From Rhizodiscina lignyota (lineage: Eukaryota), in assembly GCA_010015805.1 (NCBI GenBank), contig ML978124.1, positions 992,001-1,056,000 of the forward strand: a stretch of DNA of 64,000 nucleotides, given 5' to 3'. Of the stretch, positions 47,715 through 58,505 are shown piece by piece; the stretch's first letter is position 1; each line of letters opens with the position of its first letter. A program made the translations under genes and the position numbers. The notes under the pieces were generated by a model. It did not search any database, was not told the origin of the DNA, and saw nothing but the letters and a program-made list of their open reading frames with translations.

Positions 47715-48159
47715 CTGTAGACAATACATTAGAGTAGGCCAATGAAGCCGGTGCGCAATGTACTGACCTCGAGTAGCAATGATTCGTTGACCAATGGCTC
47801 GTGTGTTTTGTCTCGTCTCGACGCTGGATGTGCGTGGGTTGGGGTGATATCAGCTTGAGCTAAGGTTCTGTGAGAGAATGAGACTATCCCCAGTACGGCT
47901 TAGCGGAAGCAAGAGGCGATTTTCCTGGGTTTAGGGTTTCCGCTCCCTTTCGTCAACGCAAACACTAAGAATCTGCTTCGACCTCACTTTGCGAGCCCAT
48001 AACTCGACATGCCGAATCGCTAAGCCGGATTTAAACCCTCGACGGAACCCAGCGGACTCATGTCTACCTGTCGAATATACTTTCTTGTCCTTCTACCTTC
48101 ACCTGACGTTTCGCTTGGGGGTCACCCTGCCTAGAGTGAGCCTTCTCGTACCCCGGGCG

Positions 48160-51100
48160 ATGCACCGCGAAGGAGAGAATGACAACGACGCGCCACAACT
48201 CGATACCCCCATAACCGCGCAAAAAGGCGCGTCCTCTGAAAACCTTCCTTCCTTGTCCCAGACCGATATCGACCAGAGCTCGAAAGGCGGAAATGACGAT
48301 GACAACATGGCTTCGAATACACCGGTCAACAGAGAGATGGACCTATCGGAGACCGGTGGCTTCACAAATGGGCATAATGATGAGGTTCTAGGGCAGAGTT
48401 TGATTGTGGAAAACGGCGAATTACTCGACCATGACCAGAATGGATCAGTTATCGCAGACGACAACCTGAAGAAGCGGAAGCGCACGCATACTCCAAATTC
48501 GCGAGCTGTCTCACGAGGTCCTTCACCGCCATGGAAGCTTCCGGTGATCGATGGGCCTAGCACATTCTCTGACGGTGGAAAGCGAAGATCTGCGCGAACA
48601 AATGAGTTGCCGCTGGAACTACAGCCTGGAGCGGATACGAGGAGACACACTCGTGCCGAGCGCAATCGCGCGCATGGAAAAGAAAATACGCGTGTCCATT
48701 ATGGTGATATCAATAATGGAACTAGTAATGTGGCTTCTAATAACAAAGGCATGGGAAAGCCTGTCAACGGCGCGCCAGCTTCACCAGGAGTCAAGCCGCA
48801 TGCATCAAGGCAGCTACGTCCGACTCGGCGTCCATCAGAATCGAATCCGAGGTCGCCTTTACTCGATCGACATCAGTCCAGTAGCAGCTCGATCACATAT
48901 AGTTCCAAAAGGCGAAGAGTCTCTGAGGGCGAACAGTCTACGGAGAGGCAGCAGAAGCGAGTCAAGACACGCCAGAGCGATGCACGTCTTCCACCCACAC
49001 CGTCCAAGCAAAATGGACAGCACGTGTCCACGTCATCGCCTAGTTCCGGTTTCAAAATCCGTCTTCGCGGCCTTTCTTCACTTCACAAACCTCCTCGCAC
49101 CATGAATCCACGTTATGTCGCCGCGCCGCCCAAGCATGGTTCTTTCGCCGAGTGGCTTGCGCAGGACGATCCTTTCGAAGACGATCCCGATGTACCTGTC
49201 ACTGATGAAGAAGCTCGCGAGCTCGCCAAGACAATCGTTCGCCTTGAGGACGAAGGACGGCCTGGAGGCATCTTAAGCGAGGAGCGCTGCCTCTACGGCG
49301 CACCTGATCCTGCGGAAGAACCTCCAACCGTGTTTGGTCATTGGCAGCATGTAGTGAACCATGCGCTAAACTTTCGGAAGCTCTTGTTCGATGAAAAAAG
49401 GAAACATACGGAGATACGCAGGAAGATCGCTGCTGCGGCGAGTCAGGCAATCGTTAACGACCCAGAAGATCGTTTTGCAAAGCTTCGACCGAAAGTCAGC
49501 GAGGAGGATTGGGCAGTACAGCAGAAGAACCATCAGCTCAAGCGTTACCGGCAAATTGTTCGAGATCTGGCTGTCTATTTTGACCGGCTGCGGAAAGAGG
49601 TCGACAAGAAGAAACTCAAGGAATGGGAAGAACAGGAACGCCTCAGGGGTAAGAAGGCCATGGATGAGATGTTGGAAAAGTCTACAAACTTGTTGGAACA
49701 ACGTCGCATGCGTTTGTCCTCTGAACCTGGGAGTGAAGCGGATGATGACAGTGGTTACGATAACGCTATGACTCCAGACACGCGGGATGCAACTGAGTTG
49801 GACGCATCACGTGATCCTTATCGGCTTAGTCGAGCTACGAGTGCCAATGAAGGGGACGATGATGAAGATGGCACGGAAGAAGAGCCGGACTCTGATATGA
49901 TGTCAGAGAGTGAAGATGATGAGAATGAACCTGGCAATGGGGAAGACAACGAAGAAGACGAGCTTGATCAAGAACAGCTGAGACTCAAATACGCCGATAT
50001 TTTAGGCAGACGTGGCTCACATGAGCCCACAGAGGAAGCGGATGAAGACGAGCTGGGAAATACCGATGAGGTCATTGATAGTATGGAGAAAGAAGACCAT
50101 GTGGACACTCTTGAAGCATCTGCTAATGTCTCTCAACTCGAAGGACCATTGGAGACACCGGCAATGAATGGCCTGCCTCTGAATGCTGATGTTGAGAACA
50201 TCAAGATCGAAGAAGTGGACTCCATCCTCAGTGAAGATGATGACATGGACTCAGGCAGTGAAACTGAGTCGGAGTCAGATGGAGAAAGTGAAGGCGATGA
50301 AGAGGAGGAGGAGGAGGAAGAAGAAGAAGACGACGACGACGACGAGCAGGATGAATATGCCATGTCCTCTTTAGCCCTCTTAGGCGGCAAAGGGTACCTT
50401 GAGCAGCTCAAGAAGAAGTCTGCGATGCTGGGTAGCGAGGCTGAGATGCAAGTTGCAGAGGTGAATTCTTGTCTGGCCCCGACCGTGGGCAACGACGACT
50501 CCCATACGAACGGACCTATTCCCGTAGTCGACATCGAACCGGCAGCTGCCGATGAAGAAGTTGCAGAAACACTGCAGGATTTCGAAAAGTCTCAGTCTGG
50601 GACTCCTTTGCCACTCGTCAACGGCGAAGCTTCTACCCCGGCTGCGACGTCTGATAAAGGCACTCCAACGAGCAAGGGCCTTCTCACTTCCGTCACGTCG
50701 CGATCGGCTACGCCTAGAACCCGAGTTGCAACGCCGAAGTCAAAGATCGACGTCTCTCAGCTTCTTCGTGGAACTCTTCGTGAATACCAGCAACACGGTC
50801 TAGAGTGGTTAGCTGGATTACATGCCCAAGGTTCTAATGGCATTTTAGCCGACGAAATGGGATTGGGTAAAACAATACAGACAATCGCCCTTCTCGTCCA
50901 CGTTGCGCTACATGACAAAATATGGGGTCCGCATCTAATCGTTGTACCAACTTCTGTAATGCTGAATTGGGAAATGGAGTTCAAGAAGTGGGCCCCGGGC
51001 TTCAAAGTCCTGACTTACTATGGGTCACAGGAGGAGCGCAAGAGAAAGCGTGCGGGTTGGGGCCAGGATGATATGTGGAATGTCGTCATAACCAGCTACC

Positions 51101-53430
51101 AAATGGTTGTTCAGGACATCTCGGCCCTCCGTCTTCGCCCCTGGCATTATCTCGTGCTTGACGAAGCCCATCAGATCAAGAACTACCAGACGCAGAAGTG
51201 GCAGAAAATGCTCAACATGCGCACCGAGGCACGTCTTCTTCTTACGGGTACACCACTTCAGAACAACCTCAGCGAACTCTGGAGTCTGCTTTTCTTCATC
51301 ATGCCAAGTGGTCTAGATGGCACTGGAGGTTTCGCGGAGCTCGAGCAGTTCACGAATGCTATGAAGCGACCTGCAGACCAGATCCTCGCGCAAGGTCGAC
51401 AAAAACTTGATGCAGAGGCTCAAGCTGCTGTTGCGAAACTACATGAAGTCCTTCGGCCTTATCTTCTGCGCCGCCTGAAAGCCGACGTGGAGAAGCAAAT
51501 GCCCGGCAAGTACGAGCACATCGTTTACTGCCGCCTTTCCAAGCGCCAGCGGCAGTTGTATGACGCCTTCATGGGTAGAGCTGATACGAAGCGCACGCTT
51601 GCGAGCGGAAATTACATGAGCATTGTTACGTGTCTTATGAGCTTGAAGAAGGTCTGCAATCACCCAGATCTATTCGAGGAGAGGCAAATCGTCACGAGCT
51701 ATGCTATGCCTAGATCTGCCGTTGCAGATTACGAGATCAAAGATCTCCTTGTTCGAAGGCGGCTCTTGCACGAATCGGAACAAGATAAGATCAGCCTCGA
51801 TTTCCTCAATTTGAACTTGGTCAACAGCGAGAAAGTCTCGCGGTTTCATTCCAGTCGCAGCAGATCTTTGGAAGCAGGCCGTATGCTTGCAGATATTCGC
51901 GAGCGAGCCTCGAGACAGTTAATTCCTCCAGAGAAGTTCAATGCCTCGACGATAAGATCCGCTCGCTCGTTCGTGGCTGGTGAAGCCAAGTGTGAAGCGC
52001 TTGCTCAACTTGAGAGTTCTATACGGATCAATGCTGCACGGGTTACACGGAAACCCGTCTATGGATCTAGTCTGATCAAGGCGGTTTCAACAATCTCAAG
52101 TGAGAGACCGTTCCCAAAGAAGAGATATCGAAGGGTTTATGGGAGCAAGGAGCATCAGCAGAACTTCCAGACCCTGGTTCCCAACAATTTCGAAATGGAT
52201 GAGCTTCAAACAACCATCACAAAACGATCTGAACAGATGCATTCATTAATCCAGAAATTCTCATGCACAACACCGGCGGTTGTAGCACAGGATGTACTTC
52301 CGCTCGCGCTTACTCCCCTCGGTATTAACGTGGTTCAGCAAGCGCAGTCACAGCTGATCAAGCCAGTTGTCGAGCAGCATAGGGTTGGGAAAGGCAAAGA
52401 CCGGCGGACAATTTCCCTTACCGTCCCCACCATCGAGCCAGATCCTTTCCACGAAGCCCGGATCCGCCAGACGATCGCTTTCCCTGATGCTCGCCTTCTC
52501 CAATATGACTGTGGCAAATTGCAGCAGCTCGCGAACTTGCTCCAGACGCTGAAGGCCGGCAACCACCGTGCACTCATCTTCACACAAATGACGAAAGTTC
52601 TTGATATCTTGGAACAGTTTCTAAACATTCATGGCCATCGCTACCTCCGACTTGATGGCGCTACCCCGGTTGAACAGCGCCAGATTCTCACCGAGCGTTT
52701 CAACGCGCGAGACGACATCCTTTGCTTCATTCTGAGCTCTCGCAGTGGCGGTCTCGGACTCAACTTAACTGGAGCGGATACGGTCATCTTCTACGACTTG
52801 GACTGGAACCCGGCTATGGATAAACAGTGCCAGGACCGTTGCCATCGTATTGGCCAGACACGCGACGTGCACATTTACCGCTTCGTTAGCGAGTACACCA
52901 TTGAAGCAAACATCCTGCGCAAGAGCAATCAGAAGCGACTTTTAGACGAAGTCATCATCCAGAAGGGCGAATTCACGACTGACTACTTCAATCGTGTCAC
53001 GTACAAAGATGCACTGGGCGATGATATAGTTGGCGAGGTCGACGATGAAGCGAATGCCGCAATGGATCGCGTTCTGGGTAATGCGGAAGCACTCGGTGGA
53101 GTCTTCCAGAGCGTGGAAGATAAAGAAGATGCCACCGCCGCAATGAGGGCCCAGAAGGAGGTGCAAGATATCGAGGACATTGACGAGAAAGAGCAGGAGC
53201 AGCTCGCAGCAGCGGACGAAAACGGTGTTGTGTCAGGGGAGGAGGAAGATGCTGATCAAGGATACAAATGGAGTGGGGTTTCGAATCCAGACGGCGAAAA
53301 GCAGCACATTGACGATTACATGCTCGCAGTCATTGAGAAGGAGACGAAAACCGGGCCGATCCAGATTCCAGCGGCAGCGAGGGACAAGAAAGCTGCTAGG
53401 AAGGCCAAGGATCGCAACCGCCGACGCTGA
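48160..53430 (+). CDS. SWR1: SWR1 chromatin-remodelling ATPase (Snf2 family, split ATPase), intronless
   Basis: GILADEMGLGKTIQTI, LDEAH, LLLTGTPLQNNL, VCNHPDLFE, long insertion, FPDARLLQYDCGKLQ and QCQDRCHRIGQTRDVHIYR. Confidence 0.96.
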   Translation: MHREGENDNDAPQLDTPITAQKGASSENLPSLSQTDIDQSSKGGNDDDNMASNTPVNREMDLSETGGFTNGHNDEVLGQSLIVENGELLDHDQNGSVIADDNLKKRKRTHTPNSRAVSRGPSPPWKLPVIDGPSTFSDGGKRRSARTNELPLELQPGADTRRHTRAERNRAHGKENTRVHYGDINNGTSNVASNNKGMGKPVNGAPASPGVKPHASRQLRPTRRPSESNPRSPLLDRHQSSSSSITYSSKRRRVSEGEQSTERQQKRVKTRQSDARLPPTPSKQNGQHVSTSSPSSGFKIRLRGLSSLHKPPRTMNPRYVAAPPKHGSFAEWLAQDDPFEDDPDVPVTDEEARELAKTIVRLEDEGRPGGILSEERCLYGAPDPAEEPPTVFGHWQHVVNHALNFRKLLFDEKRKHTEIRRKIAAAASQAIVNDPEDRFAKLRPKVSEEDWAVQQKNHQLKRYRQIVRDLAVYFDRLRKEVDKKKLKEWEEQERLRGKKAMDEMLEKSTNLLEQRRMRLSSEPGSEADDDSGYDNAMTPDTRDATELDASRDPYRLSRATSANEGDDDEDGTEEEPDSDMMSESEDDENEPGNGEDNEEDELDQEQLRLKYADILGRRGSHEPTEEADEDELGNTDEVIDSMEKEDHVDTLEASANVSQLEGPLETPAMNGLPLNADVENIKIEEVDSILSEDDDMDSGSETESESDGESEGDEEEEEEEEEEDDDDDEQDEYAMSSLALLGGKGYLEQLKKKSAMLGSEAEMQVAEVNSCLAPTVGNDDSHTNGPIPVVDIEPAAADEEVAETLQDFEKSQSGTPLPLVNGEASTPAATSDKGTPTSKGLLTSVTSRSATPRTRVATPKSKIDVSQLLRGTLREYQQHGLEWLAGLHAQGSNGILADEMGLGKTIQTIALLVHVALHDKIWGPHLIVVPTSVMLNWEMEFKKWAPGFKVLTYYGSQEERKRKRAGWGQDDMWNVVITSYQMVVQDISALRLRPWHYLVLDEAHQIKNYQTQKWQKMLNMRTEARLLLTGTPLQNNLSELWSLLFFIMPSGLDGTGGFAELEQFTNAMKRPADQILAQGRQKLDAEAQAAVAKLHEVLRPYLLRRLKADVEKQMPGKYEHIVYCRLSKRQRQLYDAFMGRADTKRTLASGNYMSIVTCLMSLKKVCNHPDLFEERQIVTSYAMPRSAVADYEIKDLLVRRRLLHESEQDKISLDFLNLNLVNSEKVSRFHSSRSRSLEAGRMLADIRERASRQLIPPEKFNASTIRSARSFVAGEAKCEALAQLESSIRINAARVTRKPVYGSSLIKAVSTISSERPFPKKRYRRVYGSKEHQQNFQTLVPNNFEMDELQTTITKRSEQMHSLIQKFSCTTPAVVAQDVLPLALTPLGINVVQQAQSQLIKPVVEQHRVGKGKDRRTISLTVPTIEPDPFHEARIRQTIAFPDARLLQYDCGKLQQLANLLQTLKAGNHRALIFTQMTKVLDILEQFLNIHGHRYLRLDGATPVEQRQILTERFNARDDILCFILSSRSGGLGLNLTGADTVIFYDLDWNPAMDKQCQDRCHRIGQTRDVHIYRFVSEYTIEANILRKSNQKRLLDEVIIQKGEFTTDYFNRVTYKDALGDDIVGEVDDEANAAMDRVLGNAEALGGVFQSVEDKEDATAAMRAQKEVQDIEDIDEKEQEQLAAADENGVVSGEEEDADQGYKWSGVSNPDGEKQHIDDYMLAVIEKETKTGPIQIPAAARDKKAARKAKDRNRRR
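50297..50350 (+). repeat. GAG/GAA/GAC trinucleotide tract encoding poly-Glu/Asp in SWR1
   Basis: gaagaggaggaggaggaggaagaagaagaagacgacgacgacgacgag. Confidence 0.8.
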
Positions 53431-53848
53431 GCCAGCTCTCCTTTGCTTTTCCGACTTGATGCATGAGAGTTTTGTATACTAGGAGGTGCAGCGTCTGCAT
53501 CGTACGACTGGAATGGTGTGCATCAATGGGGTTTGCAATGAATTTTGTTATCCAAGTAACGCATGGCGAAGGCGTTTGTTCTCATCGCTGTGTTACTAGT
53601 TGCTGCATTAGAAAAATTGAAAAGCCTTAATACCCTCAAACGTGGTCATGAAATAGTGTATTTGCGGTTGATCCGATTGGTGATATGCTTAATGGCCGCA
53701 TTCCTGGATTTGCATTCCGCACGACGCGTCCACCTTGACGGACGCGTCCCCTATAAGGACCCTCTCCTTACAGTGAGACATCCTAAGCCTTCCAGAATTC
53801 TCCTCTTTTCGAAGAATCTATTTGATCCAATCTCAACGATGTTGCGCC

Positions 53849-55705
53849 ATGTCCCACTCCTCTCCACCGTCATCACCACCATCACTCACATCCTCGAGCG
53901 TACTATCCGAATTCTTCGATTTGGAAAAGGACAAACCGACATCGCTTCAGCAGACCCAGATTCATACCCCGGATGCTACACGTTCGCAACGCTTTCCGTC
54001 TCTCAGATTCAATGGCCATCGTTTGGGTATCTTACTGCTGGGAGCAGCAGTCTGCTTCCTCTGTACGAGACTTCTCCGCGGATACGTAGGGCTGGAGAGC
54101 ATCATGCGGCAGGCTGAAGAGCTTTGGAGGAATGAGGAGGGGTTTGTCGTCGGGAACAGGACTCTGGGCAAGATGATGAACGTATCGGACTCGACCAGGT
54201 ATGGAGGACAGGCGCTTCTCACACCGTCGAATTCAACAACTCAGAAAGGAAGTTGTCCGCCCGCATCTGGCGCTTGGGACATCCAAATCGTTGTCCTCAC
54301 GAGTGCGACTGAAGTGCATTCAATGCTCCCAGCGCACCTCAGATACGGCCTCCACTGCATTCCTCCATCATCCATTGAAGTATACTCCGACGTCGCGGGA
54401 AAGATCCACAAACCCTATCCACTCAAGCTCCACGACTCTTTCTCGTCCGTTCCTCTTCGCACAGCTTCAGCAAACTCTGAATTCTCCCTCCGCAACCTCC
54501 TTATATCCCTGTCCGCACGCAAACTCGATACTTCATCCTTCCGCCAACATCGGCACTTCTCGTCGCTCCAAAAGTGGCGACTCTTTCCGGCCTTGATCGA
54601 CTCGTACCATCGGCATCCGAATCAAAGCTGGTTCCTCGTCATCACCACAGAATCATACGTTAGCTGGCACAACTTGCATCTCTGGACCACCCAGCTGAAT
54701 GCTTCAGAGGTGCAGTATCGCGGTGCACAGCTGGTGCTTCGTGGAAACGAATTCGGCGCCCTGGCAGCAGGGATTTTGCTCTCTCGTACCGCGGTCGCAA
54801 GATTTGCAGACTACGCATCGAGAACGGCGCCGGAGGAGCCGACACAGCGGGAAGGCGCCAATGGGCTTGCATCAAGAGCCGCCGAAGCACCCAGGGAGGA
54901 TGCGGTGGCGAGATACAAGCCGCCAAAGCCAATATCAAACACAGAGCCACCTCCCAAAAAGGTAAAGTATCTCGACAAGTGGCACGAGAAGATTGGAAAA
55001 GAATGCTGTGCCGATGTTGTCCTCGGGATAGTGCTGAAGGACTTGGGCATCACGCTCTCTCGCTCGTTTCCTGTCCTGCACGGCTCGAATCCATGGGCCC
55101 AGGATTTCGGGGAAGGTGTCTGGTGTCATGCACCAGTCTCATGGGGTATCATGAGCCCTGACATGATGGAGAAGTTATCGGCGGTTGAGAGAAAAATGAT
55201 CAGCCAGGTCCGTCTGCAATGCTCTTTCTCTTCCCATAATTCTCTGCTTTAAACAGAGTAGACTAAAGAAGGCCAATAGTCCGACCAGCAACCGATCTTG
55301 TATAAGGACGTCTTTGAGAAGATGCTACTTCCGCATTTGCGGACATCACCGAACCTGTCGTCATGGGACAATATGTCCGGCGATTTGACATATACTCGAG
55401 ACGCGGGTATTGGGCATCTAAATGCCAATGCATGGGACAGCACAGCATCGTGCTTGGCCGCCTGCCATATCCGGGAGGAGTGTCTGCAGTGGGTTTGGGA
55501 GCCTGGCAAATGTCGCCTCGGCAAAGTAGTTCGATTCGGAGCTCCAGTAGTCGATGCAGACGACAAGGTAAAGCACGATTGGAATGGAGCAAAGAGAGGT
55601 ATGGTAAGCGGTTGGATGGGTACGAGGATAGAGAAGATGGTCGACGGATGGGGCAGTTGCGAAGATAAGCGAAAATGGATGGGAAGAAGAGAGTTTGAGC
55701 TGTAG
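53849..55705 (+). CDS. Glycosyltransferase family 31 (Fringe-like) type II membrane protein with Cys-rich C-terminal domain, 2 exons
   Basis: N-terminal TM helix; YSD, KW, W.NL..W...L, CCAD..LG and WC motifs; WDN..C..AC.....CLQW.W..G.C.LG..SGW tail. Probable intron 55208-55279. Confidence 0.75.
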
Positions 55706-57578
55706 GTGAGTATCTACAGAATATACACATAACGAAATTATATAGAGTACGAAAGAGCTTTGGAGGCCGATACTGAATAATTACGAAGTAGCTCGATCTC
55801 CGTAATGTCTGTGGGTAGAAACAGCGTCTTCCTCATATGCTCGAACCAACAAAGATATGAATGCCGATTCCTCCTCTTAAGCCAACATTGTTGCTTCAGC
55901 TCTATAGTATTAAATTGTCTCGTCTCCTTTCTCGGATGGCTATTGAAATTGGGTATTCATGCAAATGCACGTGACTTTACCGCCGTGCGTGCTTAAATAA
56001 TTGCAGATGCAAAGACACGAATGGATCGAGAAATGTTTCGAGGTGTAGGCGTACTCGAGAAGCAAATGCAACTATCCAGAAACGCGATATGGACGCCTAG
56101 GCTTAAAAAGAAACGCTGTGGAGTGGTACGATTGATGACGGACACGTCGCACGCGCTCGTGGGCAGGCAATCGGAACAATGAGGAAGGCATTCCAACCCC
56201 GATATGCGATCTCTGGCTGCTTACACGATGCTTGGAGAGTGGGATGAAGTCGTACGAGTCTTCCGCACTGGTCTGTGGAAGATCTGGGTGAATGCAGGAG
56301 GGCCTGGCCGGTCCCGAACTGCCATCTTTTCAGACCCTGCTCTGCGGACGCATCTCCGAATTCGAGGTTGTCCCCAGCCCTACCTGCGTGGTCATCAGCG
56401 AGTAATTCGCTCATCCACGGATGCTCGAAAGGCATCGCCTCGATTTGCAATGGGGACGATGTCGTGCGCTCCAGAAGCAGAAGGATGTCATGCCAGGCGC
56501 TCAATGTACGGTACAGAGGCTCGATACCGAGCAAAATCTCTGATCGCTCGCAGATCGGTCCTGCTCCGGAAGCGCTTCGGTTGTTTCGTACATTAGCGGG
56601 TCGACGCAATTCCAGGAATATCATGCAGTTGACGATGGTGCTATGGGCGGCAGTCCGGGGGCTCGCCCGAGCTTATTTATGTAGTCCAATAGACGCCGCG
56701 CAGAGCTGGAGATGTTGATTAGGGATGCACGTCCTGCATCGACGAACCCTGACGGCATCCTCTGGTCGAATGTATGCCGTTTTAGCTCGTCCCTGGGCTC
56801 AAGAGTCGGTGTAAGAGGCGTGGGCGGTGGAAGTTTTCTGGAGTCGCGCCTGTCCGTCTCTCGTCTTCTGCCTCGCAACGCACCTCCACGAAGTGATCAG
56901 ACGCAAGAAATCCAGAGTCACAAGGGGATCCCGCGGGCTGTGACTGCTGACCTGAGCGTGTACGGCGGACCAGCGCTCCGAGAAGGTCTCGAATAAATTC
57001 TGGAGCCAGGGATCGATCGCTGGACCCTGCTCCATTTTGTTTCGGCAGACAACGCAGGCGCACAGCACATCCTCGTCCTTCCCCTTCACCATTTGCTCTC
57101 TCTCCTCACGACAAACTCTCACTCCGCCCGTACAACTTCCGTACTGGCCTCCATCACGCCAGCTTCTTCGCCAGGTGACACGAATACTGTGGCACGCTGC
57201 ACTATTCGTCCGTGACGGAACGCTCAGCTGTCTGTTAGCCACCGCGTTGGCCGAGCCACCCGCCCAACGTACATCAGGCCACAACGATTTTCGCAGACAA
57301 AGAACTCTTCTAAATATTCGCTTCGCGAGGAAGCATTCATACATCCGAATCCCGATCCACGCCGAACAACCGAGCAACAGAGCAAACTATACCTTATTTT
57401 CACGTTGTGCTGCCACGTTCTGCGGCTCCCCAACTATCAAACGGCCCCCTGGGACGCCAACAACGACAATCAGTCCCAAGTACACTTTTAGCAACGACAC
57501 GCCTAAATTCGGGGGACGAATAATTAGATTTTGATTTCAAACTGCGAAATACCTTACTTCTGATCATCTAAATCCAAG

Positions 57579-58505
57579 ATGCGTCGCGAGCAGCGGGTCG
57601 CAGACCGCCTCTACACCCATCTCTTCCCCCGACCCGGTCCTTCCGATCCACCCAACTTCAACGCACATCTCAACATGAACCTCGTGGCCGAGGTGCGGAT
57701 CGAGACGCAACGCTTCTATGGCGGCCTGGAGACAGTCGAAGCACGCTACCCCGGACTGAACTACACGCACCCTCCTCACATCAAGCGTCTGAGCTACTTC
57801 CCCCACCACGCACGCCTCTTCCAGACGTTCAAGGAGCTCGGCCTGACTCACAACGAGATCCTGACACTGTGCAGGTGGGAGGGCACGCTCTGGGCGCGGC
57901 AGCGCTACGAGAAGGACGAGGGCGTAAAAGTGGAGGATACAACAGGCACCGAGATCAAGCCGTGGCAGCCACAGATCAAGAAAGAGGTGGAGGTTGAGCA
58001 GAAGGTGGCAGGGAGACGTACCAGTAGGCCGGTGGTGCGGAGAAGCCACACCTCCAGCCAGCGGGTGCAGCAACAGAACGCAGCGTCGATCGCAAGCCAA
58101 AGCACCCCATTGGTGCAGGTCACAACACAGGAAGTGCCTGCTCCAACGGCGAGCGACGTCGAAATGCGTGACGAACCGGACGCAGCGTCATCGCAAGGGT
58201 CGACAGAAGGGTCTGCGCCTACGGCGTTGCCTACAGATGCCTTTCAGCGCATGCAGGCGCTCGCGCGACTCCGTGCACAGGGCGAGTCGATCGACGCTAT
58301 GGATCCGGACTTTGAACAGTACTTGAAAGACACTGCAGAGGCGTCGACATCCAGCTCGCAGGGAATGCTCTCCCTCGGCGAGCTCTCAGACTACCAAGCA
58401 GCACAGCAGACCATCGCGTCGGTCATGAGCACCGTTGCTCAGAGCCACGGGGCCGCGTCTTCGGACACAACAAGCGGCGCCTCGAGCGAACTCGACGTTC
58501 TCTAA
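57579..58505 (+). CDS. Uncharacterised fungal protein
   Basis: 308-aa ORF with strong codon bias; structured N-terminal block (EVRIET..FYG...EARYPGLNY..RL..FPHH.RLF..LGLT..EI...CRWEGT..AR.RYE) and low-complexity tail. Confidence 0.8.
   Translation: MRREQRVADRLYTHLFPRPGPSDPPNFNAHLNMNLVAEVRIETQRFYGGLETVEARYPGLNYTHPPHIKRLSYFPHHARLFQTFKELGLTHNEILTLCRWEGTLWARQRYEKDEGVKVEDTTGTEIKPWQPQIKKEVEVEQKVAGRRTSRPVVRRSHTSSQRVQQQNAASIASQSTPLVQVTTQEVPAPTASDVEMRDEPDAASSQGSTEGSAPTALPTDAFQRMQALARLRAQGESIDAMDPDFEQYLKDTAEASTSSSQGMLSLGELSDYQAAQQTIASVMSTVAQSHGAASSDTTSGASSELDVL

Noticed and set aside
56000..57534. Several 130-190-aa overlapping ORFs on both strands
   Set aside because: GC-rich upstream DNA with no codon bias or motifs.
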